Shown here: in pieces, positions 52,371-64,000 of the stretch
Numbering within the stretch: the first letter of the stretch is position 1
Layout of the letters: each line of letters opens with the position of its first letter
DNA from: Octopus sinensis
Lineage: Eukaryota
NCBI RefSeq assembly: GCF_006345805.1
Contig: NC_043002.1
Span: forward strand, 34,224,001 to 34,288,000
Direction of reading: 5' to 3'
DNA: 64,000 nucleotides
Translations under genes and position numbers: made by a program
The notes under the pieces: model-generated
Database searches by the model: none
Seen by the model: the letters and a program-made list of their open reading frames with translations, nothing else
Told to the model about the DNA's origin: nothing

Positions 52371-53409
52371 TTAATTAGTTTAGACGCAGGTTTGTAATTA
52401 TAATTACAATTATTACATTTTTGGTTCTTTGCATTGCCTTACACTTAATTTTTCTCCTTCCCGGGCTGTCCTTTAAATGAAGATTGTTTACTCTCTTGAT
52501 GCCCAGCCCTTCTCCGCAACTACGCTTAGGACCAGGTACAACGGAGTTTCAGTAGTTTTTCAAAAGCTAGAGAAACACGAAGCAATCAGAATTTGAACTC
52601 GAAACAAGTAACAACCGATCAATGAGCAGGGTTAGTTTGTTACCGTTTTGGTTCTAGGCAAAACACATTCCCTATAAAAAGATCTTACATAAATATAAGC
52701 TAGCATATTCTAAGCCACTAACGAAATTTAATTAGACCGGAGTACTTCCGCTGATTTCCTCAATTTGTTTTCAAAAAAAGAATTAGATCCATTCCAACCT
52801 GCATCGTTTATATTCTCCAAGAATTTCGAGCAGTTGTCTCACTGATGGTACATCCCTTGTTTGTTGTTATTTTAAATATCTCTAGTGGAAGTGTTTTTCT
52901 TTCCTAATAATTGTTTAGATAACATCAGTAGATCGAAATATCCAACTAATTATATTAAATATGTGAGACTTCATGGAGTCAAATCTCCTTAAAGAGAAAT
53001 ATTGAACGCAATGTGCGTGTTTGTATGTGAATGTGTGTGTGTATGTGTGTGTGTGTGTGTGTGTGTTTGTCTGTCTGTCTGTGTATGTGTGCCTGTGTGT
53101 CTGTGTTGTGCATAAAATATATATTGCAGCCGTCTTCGTTTGGCTCGCAGTTAAAGGCTTCAAATCTAAACAAAAAACGTATTAATCTAAAGGAGATAGA
53201 TGCAATATATTGCAATCGATGCAATATACAGACCGCAACTCAAAATTTTGAGCTCAAAAATATCTATCAACCTTACTGATTTAAGGGCGTAAATTTGATG
53301 TTGTGTCTTTCATACACCTCCCTTCAATACAGGTGTATTAGTTGATATGAAATAGCTGTATCGTGAGCTAGATCGTAGAACGTTCTCCCTGATATCTCCC
53401 AGCACTAAT

Positions 53410-54655
<1,246 letters not shown>

Positions 54656-54760
54656 TGTATGGATTATACCGTACTAAATTCTGTTGCATCAACTTAAGTA
54701 CTATATTCATCTGAATCTAAATTTTTGCTGAACTCATACACACACACACACACACACATT

Positions 54761-54791
<31 letters not shown>

Positions 54792-54810
54792 TATATATAT
54801 ATATATTATA

Positions 54811-54858
<48 letters not shown>

Positions 54859-55199
54859 GTATATATATATATATTATTATATATATATTATATATATATA
54901 TATGAGAGTCTATGAGGATTACTTAATACAGCTTTTGAAGTGTAAATGTGATTTTTTAAAAAGTGTCATGCAATCTTTTATAAGTATATTACTAACCTGT
55001 TTTGGGAAAAAGTTTTTTCCTCGTGTGTGAGCGCTTTCATTAAGACTTTTCAAACACACGTGCTCTTAAAGTAGAAGTTGTTATTTTTTTGTTTTAGTGG
55101 TAGTATTATTTCCGGTAATTTTCGGTCTTTTGGTTTTGGTCATAAATATTCTTTTACCATTGTTTATTATATGGAGTGTTGGATATTTTCGGTTTAATT

Positions 55200-56018
55200 T
55201 CGGATTTAGAATTTTTATAAAGTATTCTGCTTTTGCCTTCCGTAGTCGTACATTTTCATCGTTTATTTTGTAAAATGAGAATATTTCAAATTTTCCATTT
55301 GCTCAGATATCAACATGTTCACAGCATGAAACATTCCTAAGAGATGAATCTCTAATTTGTTGTTTAAGCATATTTACACGGCTGGTCAGTTTCCTTCCTG
55401 TCTCCCCAATGTAGTTTTCATTGAATTGTGGGCATGTGATACAGTAGATGAGTTTTTTTTTTTTTTGTTTTGCGCTTCATGTTTGCATTCACTTTTAATC
55501 CCTTCTCATTCTTGAGTCTTTTGGCTGTCCCTTACTCAATTTATTCGCATGTCCCACAACGGGGGTCCTCACAGTTGGTTACTTGTATCGTTTCTTTTTC
55601 AAATGTGAATCTCGCCTTTGTTCGGAGTCTCTTGAAGTTAGGTGGTTGTCTTCGACTGTTGATAAATTGTGATTTTTTAATTATTCGTTGGAGAATTGGT
55701 GATTGATGCAGAATTGGAAGGTTGCAGTTTCTAGGATTGTGGGTGACTACAAACGGAATATTTGCATTTGTTTTTTTATTTTCATATCTAGCCTGAGTAT
55801 TTCCCCGTAAGGTAGAAATCGAAATTTCCTTTGCTTTTGTTATGGCATGTTGAATTAACTTGTTGGGATATTTTTGTTTCTGAAGGAATATATTAAGTTC
55901 TGCCAGTCGTTTCTGTCGTCTAACAGAATCTGTGACTATTGAGCATGCGCGCCTTGCCATATAAAATGGTATGTTCTTTTTGTATGGGAAGAGTAGCAAG
56001 ATCTAAAATCTAAATACT

Positions 56019-56109
<91 letters not shown>

Positions 56110-56830
56110 CTTGTGGTAGAGGTCAGTTGTAACTGTTTCATTTTCTTTAATTATCAAGATGGAGAGTTCCTTTTCATTCATTTCCATAATGAATTGGATT
56201 GAGACATGAATGCTATTTAATAATTTAAGACATTTTATAAGGTCCTCCTTATTTCGGTTCCAAAATATAAAACAGTCATCTAAGAATCTTTTTCCATTTC
56301 CTATAAGGTAGGTTTGGAAGTGGTAGTCAAAAGTAGTTCTGGATAGGATATAGATTTTTTTCTTCTAGGTATCCCATTACTAGTGTTGCAAATGTTGGCG
56401 CGACTTTCGTCCCCATCGCAGTGTCTTGTATTTGTAGATAATATTGATTATCAAAGAAGTAGTTGTTTTCCAGTACTATCTGTAAACCCTCAAGCACAAA
56501 TTCTTTTGAGAATCTCTCCTGAATTCTTTGGGTGTGTTTGTTTATCCAGAATTCTACTGCTTCTAGTCCACATATATGGGAAATATTTGTGTAGAGGCTA
56601 GCTACGTCAAAGCTAATTAGTACTATCTCTTTATCTACACGTTCTGGGATATGGTTTAAGAAGTCCATGTCATCTCTGATGAAACTGGGAATTAATCTGA
56701 ACAAAGGTTTAAAAATTATATCCAGCAAGTTGCTTAATCTTTGAGTACTGGATGCTGGTCCTGCAACAATCGTATGCAATTTGAGATCAGTCGGTTTGGG
56801 AATATTTATATATGGAGTATGGAATGTGTG
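55200..56830 (-). mobile_element. Penelope-like element (RT + GIY-YIG endonuclease), 5'-truncated and frameshifted
   Basis: IVAGPASSTQRLS, SFDVASLYTNI, QIQDTAMGTKVAPTFA, YHK..QYLDF.S, CEDPRCGTC, IYCITCPQFNENYIGETGRKLTSR, EYFIKILNPKLN. Confidence 0.93.
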
Positions 56831-56844
56831 CGTGTGCATGTATG

Positions 56845-57066
56845 TATGTGTGTGTGTCTTTGTGTCTGTGTTTGTCCCCCATCACCACTTCACAACCGGT
56901 GTTGGTGTGTTTACATCCCCCTAACTTAGCTGTTCAGCAAAAGAGACCGATAGAATAAGTACTAAGCTTAAGAAATAAGCCCTGCGTTCGATTTGTTCGC
57001 CTAAAAATCCTTCAAGGGGGTGCTTCTAGCATGGCTACAGTCAAATGACTGAAGCAAGTAAAAGAA
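56845..57066 (+). mobile_element. SINE family A, 3' half, abutting the Penelope 5' break
   Basis: Conserved tail sequence. Confidence 0.8.
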
Positions 57067-58715
57067 CATGTGATGTGTGTGTGTGTTGTGTGTGTGTGTG
57101 TGTGTGTGTGTGCGTATTTGTCATTTGTCATCTGAATCTGTGTTACATTTATAACAGCAACGGTGATTTGATTTTCATATTTCAAAATGTGTTTCTGATG
57201 AAATAACTCGCTTATCACAATCAACAAAATTAATATAATAACTGCAGTTAATTAGTTACTATATAGTTGGTGATGTTTTCACGTAAATCATAGAAATAGC
57301 TGTAGATCAAGACAAATTAATTTTTTCCAAATATCCTTGGTTTTTTTTTTTTTTTTTCTATTCGTCCAAATTTTCTGCTCTAAACATTCGTTTTAGGCAA
57401 TTTAAACTCCATGCAACTTCATTCCTGCATTGGCTATTACGTTGAAGCAGTAATATATTGGGGTTTACTGAAATGTTATAGGACTGAGTTCTTGAAATTT
57501 AAGGATATATGTTTTCAGTGCATATCACATGTGAGAAGAAAATGGCGAGGAATGGAGAAATTCCTCCGAAGTCAGCTTTCTGTGTGCCAATACAAGAAAT
57601 TATATTTAGAGAGATTAGAAAAGTTGATATTTCTATTTCATGAAATTATTCAAAATTCCCAGTATTGTTATTAATCTTGTTCTGTTTCTTCTTTTTGCAG
57701 CAGAAAAAAAGAAAAGAGAGAATGGTGCGAACCAATACAACAAAGACTCGGTAATTCAGAAGTCGCGAATTTATATAATTATTTTTCCGTTAAAGAATTT
57801 TGTATTAAGAAAAGCAATGTCTACCAAAAATAGTGTTTTAAGAATGTATCACATCAGAAATATATTAGGATCAATGTATCTTATACGTCAATCGAACATT
57901 GTTATATTTGTCGCTTTGTGTCCAAGTCAGCATCATGTGCATAATGCGCGACATTGTATCACATATATGACCAGCTAACAAATTTGCAACCTTGTGCAAA
58001 ACATCTGGTTTTATAGATTATATGCCACCCACACGATGCAGTCTAAATATGCAAAATCATCCGTTGGAGGCGCTACTTTTTACTTTTATAAAAAAAAATA
58101 CATTTTTAGTCAGACACCAGACTACAAATTTATTGGTGAAGTGTATTGTTTGTGACAACAACCCATTACGTAGATGTATTTTACTGCCCATGTAAGGATG
58201 AAGGATAAAGTGAACCCCAGTGGAAAGCTTATTGGCATTGTAAATAATAAACATTACTTAATAGTAAACATAGATTAATTGATAAAAATTCAGGTAAATT
58301 TAGTCCCCAGATTACATTCTTTAATGCACTAAAAAAAGAAAAAGAAATATTCCACGGAATTCACACCAACAATATATCGATACTAATTTTACTTGTTCCG
58401 GTTTTGCTTTCTAGTTACAACAACCCTATCGACACTGGCCAACATATGTTTTTCTCATGGCCAATATCAACGGGTTGAGAAGCCAGACCTACATGGCAAC
58501 TGTTAATTTGCTCTTTAAAAAATTGAATCCGTGTAGAAGTTTCCATGTATTGAACCTTAGTCCCATGAGATATATGGAGACCCTGCATAAAACAGAATGG
58601 TAACCGATATAATTCGATTTAGACACGATATAATTCGATTTAGACACTGGATATTACAATAAGGCTAATGGTATGATATGGCTAATGGTACGACTTAACT
58701 TTTTTTTAATTACAG

Positions 58716-58921
58716 AGGATGACTGGAGAATCAAAGAACTATTAATTAATGACACTTTGAGAGCTAGTATGTCAAATATTCGGTCGGTGACGTCTTGTGA
58801 TGAACAAAAATGCAAGCCCCGTGAGGAAGGATGCAAATCTGAAAGTCAATCATCCATGGAATCCTCTGTGAACAACGTTAGCCAGACATCAGTACCCGGA
58901 AAGAAGACCAGGGGTTCATAG
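58716..58921 (+). CDS. Candidate terminal coding exon (DDWRIKELLINDTLRASMS...VPGKKTRGS*)
   Basis: Strong acceptor TTTTTTTTAATTACAG, higher GC than its flanks, 67 open codons; phase does not join the TM exon directly in the long frame. Confidence 0.35.
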
Positions 58922-58959
58922 AGACCCTGAAAAGTAAAGATGGACCATTATTATATGTT

Positions 58960-59390
58960 GGCATTGTTGCTAAATAAACAGGAAATATATTTGGTGATTG
59001 TTGTAGAGTGTATTTTATGAATTTTATGTAGGAGCTCCACCGGGCATTCTATTTCAATCTCCTTCAGCCATTTGTCCATATCTTATAGACACGGCCTTTA
59101 CTGTTTTCATGCTCCAAATTCTTCCTATTTCAAATTTTAAGGGATGGTATTTTTGTTTGTTTGTTTGTTTTTTTTTTTTGTTTTTCTTCCTCTTTCTTTA
59201 CGACCCTGGAATCAAACAGGCATGATGTGTCGCTTTTCCTTATCTATAATCGATATTTTCTCACTTGTCTGTTTGAATAGGAAAATCCCACAAAAATTTA
59301 CATTTCTCCAACTCCAGTACTCTTTCGACTTAATGGTTGTACCATGTATTTCCAGCTTCAAATCCCCATTTTTGGTACAGTTTCCATCAT
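58960..59390 (-). mobile_element. Older RLE-type LINE 3' fragment, different family
   Basis: Minus-strand WKLYQKWGFEAGNTWYNH.VERVLELEKCKFLWDFPIQTDK and KYHPLKFEIGRIWSMKTVK. Confidence 0.75.
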
Positions 59391-59394
59391 CCTC

Positions 59395-59407
59395 ATCATC
59401 ATCATTC

Positions 59408-59481
<74 letters not shown>

Positions 59482-62400
59482 TAGTTTTATTTTTATAGCG
59501 TGCTTTCACTTCACTACCGAGCGCAGCTCGTGTGCCTTGGGTATGTGCTGTGATTTGTTGTGATGCTCTGATGGTTATCGTATGGAAAGTGTTCTGCGTA
59601 GGATGTGTGCAGTGCCTAGTAGTGCAATTTTCTGTATGTTATATGTGTTTGTAAGTCCTGGTGTTTTTGTTATGTATTTGTCTGAATATTTTTTTATCAT
59701 GCCTAATGCACCTACTATGATAGGAATTGTTTCTCTGTTTTCAGATTCCACATTCTAGTTACCTCTATTTCCAGGTCTTTGTATTTTGAGAGTTTCTCCA
59801 TTTCTTTTAGAGACACGTTGTCATCTGCCGGTATGATACATCAATTAGAAAGCATTTTTTTCTTCATGATCTCTGACAACTATATCTGGTCTGTTGGCCT
59901 TAAGTTCTCTATCTATGTGTATCGGCATATCCCAGAGTATGGTTGCTTTCTCGTTTTCTGTGACCTTTTCTGGTGTGTGCCTATACCATCTTTTTTCTGT
60001 TGTTATTCCATAATGTTGGCATAGCTTCCAATGTATGTAGGTTCCAACTCTGTCATATCTGTGAATATATTCCTTCTTAGCCAGGACTGGGCAGCTAGAG
60101 ATAATATGATTTATTGTTTCTTGTCCATCTCCACATATTCTGCAGTTACTTGTAATATTTCTTTTCATTACATGTTTTTGGTAATTTCTGGTGGGGGGCT
60201 TTGGTCTTGTGCTGCAATTAAAAATCCCTCTGTTTCTGCTTTGAGTCCTGAGCTTCTCAACCATTGCTGGGATTTTTCTTTGTCTATTTCTTTTGCGTTT
60301 AGTTTAGTGCAGTATTTACCATGAAGAGGCTTTTCTTGCCATCGTTTTATCATGGCTCGTTGCTGTTCTATTTTTAGTTTGGATTTCATTTGTTTTATAG
60401 CTTTTGTTGTTTCTTCATCATCTTCTTCTTCTTCTTGTGTTTATTAGGTGGTATGATTTCTTGTTTGTATTTGTCAGCTTCCTTAAATACTGAGAACAGT
60501 TTTTTGTTTTGCTCGTGTTTTGCTGCTATCTGGATCAGTTTTCCTTCCTTCTGAAGTAGATATTTTTGCAGTCCTATGGTGGTTATTTTATAGTAGTTTT
60601 CCAGCTGTATAAGGCCTCTACCACCTTCTATACGTTGTATATATAGTCTTTCTATGTCAGATTTTGGGTGATGCATCCTAGATCCTGTCAGTATTTTTCT
60701 TGTTTTCTATCTATTTTGGACAGTTCATTTCGTGTCCAGTTAAGGATATTGTAGCTGTAACTTATAACTGGGACAGCTAAAGTGTTGATACCTATTATCT
60801 TGTTTTTAGCATTGAGCTCTGTTTTTAGTATTGATCTAACTCGTCTATAATATTCTTTTTTTATTTTCTCTCTTTCATTTGTGTGTGTTGTGTCTTATCT
60901 AGTTCATGGATTCCTAAGTATTTGTAAGTTTGGCTTTGGTCTAATTCTTTTATTTCATTGGTTGTATCTAGTGTGATGTTGTTACTCTTAACTAGTTTTC
61001 CTCTTTTCATGGTTACTTTGGCGCATTTTTCTAATCCAAATTTCATATCTATTTCTTTGGTAAATCCATGAACTGTCTTTAATAGTGTTTCCAGCTGTTT
61101 GTCATTTGCAGCGTATAGTTTTAGGTCATCCATATATAAAAGGTGGCTGATCGTTTTGCCGTAACATTTATATCCGCATCCAGTTCTATTTAGCATATCA
61201 GATAGAGGTGACAGTGCCAAGCAGAAAAGGAGTGGAGAGAGCGTGTCTCCCTGGAATATTCCTCTTCCAATGGGGATGTCTTTGGTTTTCATGCGTCCCT
61301 CTTTTGTTTGGAGGTGTAGGACTGTTTGTCATTTATTCATAGAGTGTTCTATGAATTTTATGATTGTTGGTGCTACTTTGTTAATGGCTAGTGTTTCGAG
61401 GATCCATGTGTGGGGGATGCTATCAAACGCCTTTTTGTAGTCAATCCAGGCCATACTGAGGCCTTTCTTCTTTCTGTGGCTGTCTTCAGTTACGGCTTTA
61501 TTAATCATTAGTTGATCTTTACAGCCATATGAGCCCTTGCGGCATCCTTTCTGCTCTTCTGGGAACAGTTTGTTTTCGTCCAGGTGCTTGTTCAGCCTTT
61601 GCGATATCACTGCAGTAAATGCCTTGAACATAGTAGGCAGGTTATTGGTCTGTAGTTTTCTGGTTTTGTTGTTTCATTTGATTTGGGAATTAAGATGGTT
61701 TTCCCTTTCGTGAGCCATTCAGGTATTGTCTCTGGCTCTGCTAGTATGCTGTTAAAGTTTTCAGCCAGCTTTTTGTGCATTCCTGTTAGATATTTCAACC
61801 AGAAGTTGGAGATCTTGTCATGCCCAGGTGCCTTCCAGTTGCTTAGTTTTTGCAGTGCCTGGGTGACCTCTTCAGTTGTTATGGGGGTCCAAAGTTGTTC
61901 AGATGCCGAGTTTGTTATTTTCATACTCCTTTTTTTTGGCTGTTCGTTCGCCGACCATATTTCTCTCCAGAATTCTTCCAATTCTTCTGCCGTTGGTGCT
62001 GCAGTGACTTCTATTTTATTTTTGCCCAGTTCTTGGTAGAACGTTTTGGGGTCGGAGTTGAACTTTTTGTTCTGTTCAAAGAAGCGTTGGCGTTTCTCGT
62101 ACCGGCGGATCCTTTGAGCTTTGGCAAGGATATCTTGCTTCAGCTTTTCTTTTATCTCCGGCAAATCTTTTTCTGTGATGTTATATTTGCGGAGCATTTT
62201 TGTTCTCTTTTTGTTGCTTAGTAGCGTTGCTTGTTTGCTGATTTCATTAAGAATCGACAGGTCTTTTCTAATTTTTTTTTATTTTGTTTTGGATGTTATT
62301 TATCCACAGGATTTGTTTGGGTGGTGGTACCCCTGTGTGGGCGGGTTTGGGTGAGTATCCAGCTTCTTTTTTGGCTGCAGTGGCTGCTGCGTATATCAAG

Positions 62401-62657
62401 TCATTTAGTTCAGTGATATCACTTTTTTTTGTTTCAGTGGCTAGTTCAGTGACGGCTAGGTTTATGTTGTTTATAATTGGTGTTGTTATTGCGTTTATTT
62501 TTATTCTTGGGAGGTATGGTCGGTGGTCCATTTTGGGCTCTGTGGTTTTCAGTTCTTTGATTATTTTATTTTTTATATTATCATAATCATTAGGCTCCCC
62601 TTCGTTGTTTACATCGTGTTTGTTGGGAATGTTGCGTTTGTCTTCCTGTTTTACAGT
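59395..62657 (-). mobile_element. R4/Dong-like RLE non-LTR retrotransposon, copy 1 (5'-truncated, frameshifted, (AAT)n tail)
   Basis: PENYRPITCL, EEQKGCRKGSYGCKDQL, WIDYKKAFDSIPH, GIFQGDTLSPLLF, HLLYMDDLKLYA, CRICGDGQETINHIISSC (CCHC), NRPDIVV (RLE); tail at 59400-59478. Confidence 0.93.
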
Positions 62658-64000
62658 TTTTTGCATTTAGCTTAGTCCAGTATTTGCCATGAAGGCGCTT
62701 TTCTTGCCATCGTTTTATCATGGTTCGTTGATGTTCTATTTTTAGTTTGGATTTCATTTGTTTTATAGCTTTTGTTGTTTCTTCTTCATCTTCTTCTTCT
62801 TCTTCTTCTTCTTCTTCTTCTTCTTCTTCTTCTTCTTCTTCTTCTTCTTCTTCTTCTTCTTCTTCTTCTTCTTCTTCTTCTTCTTCTTCTTCTTCTTCTT
62901 CATATTTGTTAGGTGGTATGATTTCTTGTTTGTATTTGTCAGCTTCCTTAAATACTGAGAACAGTTTTTTGTTTTGCTCGTGTTTTGCCGCTATTTGTAT
63001 CAGTTTTCCTTCCTTCTGAAGTAGATATTTTTGCAGTCCTATGGTGGTTATTTTATAGTATAAGGCCTCTACCACCATCTATACGTTGTATATATAGCCT
63101 TTCTATGTCAGATTTTGGGTGATGCATCCTAGATCCTGTTATTATTTTTCTTGTTTTCCTATCTATTTTGGTCAGTTCACTTAGTGTCCAGTTAAGGATA
63201 TTGTAGCTGTAACTTATAACTGGGACAGCTAAAGTGTTAATACCTATGATATTGTTTTTAGCATTGAGCTCTGTTTTAAGTATTGATTTAACTCGTCTAT
63301 AATATTCTTTTTTTTATTTTCTCTTTCATTTGTGTGTGTTGTGTCTTATCTAGTTCATGGATTCCTAAGTATTTGTAAGTTTGGCTTTGGTCTAATTCTT
63401 TTATTTCATTGGTTTTATCTAGTGTGATGTTGCTACTCTTAATTAGTTTTCATCTTTTCAGGGTTACTTTGGCGCATTTCTCTAATCCAAATTTCATATC
63501 CATTTCTTTAGTAAATCCATGAACTGTCTTTAGTAATGTTTCCAGCTGTTTGTCATTAGTAGCGTATAGTTTTAGGTCATCCATATATAAAAGGTGGCTG
63601 ATCTTTTTGCTGTAACATTTATATCCGCATCCAGTTCTGTTTAGCATATCCGATAGAGGTGACAGTGACAAGCAGAACAGGAGTGGAGGGAGCGTATCTC
63701 CCTGGAATATCCCTCTTCTAATGGGGATGGCTTTAGTTTTCACAAGTCCCTCTTTTGTTTGGAGCTGTAGGACTGTTTGTCATTTATTCATAAAGTGTCC
63801 TATGTACTTTATAATTGTTGGTGCAACTTTGTTCATGGCTAGTGTTTCGAGAATCCATGTGTGGGAGATGCTATCAAACGCCTTTTTGTAGTCGATCCAG
63901 GCCATACTGAGGCCTTTCTTCTTTCTGTGGCTGTCTTCAGTTATGGCTTTATTAATCATTAGTTGATCTTTACAGCCATATGAGCCTTTGCGGCAATCGG
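62658..64000 (-). mobile_element. Same LINE family, copy 2 (RT to thumb region; runs off the window)
   Basis: Collinear and highly similar to about 60290-61560; carries an expanded (GAA)n at about 62780-62900. Confidence 0.93.

Overview
AT-rich, microsatellite- and transposon-dense eukaryotic DNA. The SSR spectrum and SINE families look like an octopod cephalopod (Octopus); this is inference, with no database check. Almost all ORF-track entries over (AT)n/(AC)n/(ATAC)n/(AAT)n tracts are artefacts. Main content: (1) A + strand spliced host gene missed by the ORF track. Phase-compatible exons at 41099-41179 (LLRRRRS furin-type site plus acidic spacer), 44753-44875 (one complete EGF domain, phase 1-1) and 49913-50048 (TM helix plus RRK stop-transfer) predict a single-EGF type I membrane precursor. 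A candidate CRE/E-box promoter lies at about 38.9 kb. (2) At least 8 minimal type I hammerhead-ribozyme folds of the Penelope-associated kind, 5 intact or near-intact and the rest degenerate. Most sit in small non-coding palindromic or fold-back elements, and two share a CCGAUGA core variant. (3) Transposon remnants: a full-length mariner with TIRs and TA TSD, an internally deleted mariner, a hAT MITE with an 8-bp TSD, a non-autonomous Helitron, a Penelope RT-GIY-YIG element, R4/Dong-like RLE LINEs (including a head-to-tail pair at 59.4-64 kb), CR1, RTE and Tx1-like 3' ends, and three tRNA-derived SINE families that often form inverted pairs. Boundaries of degenerate repeats are approximate.
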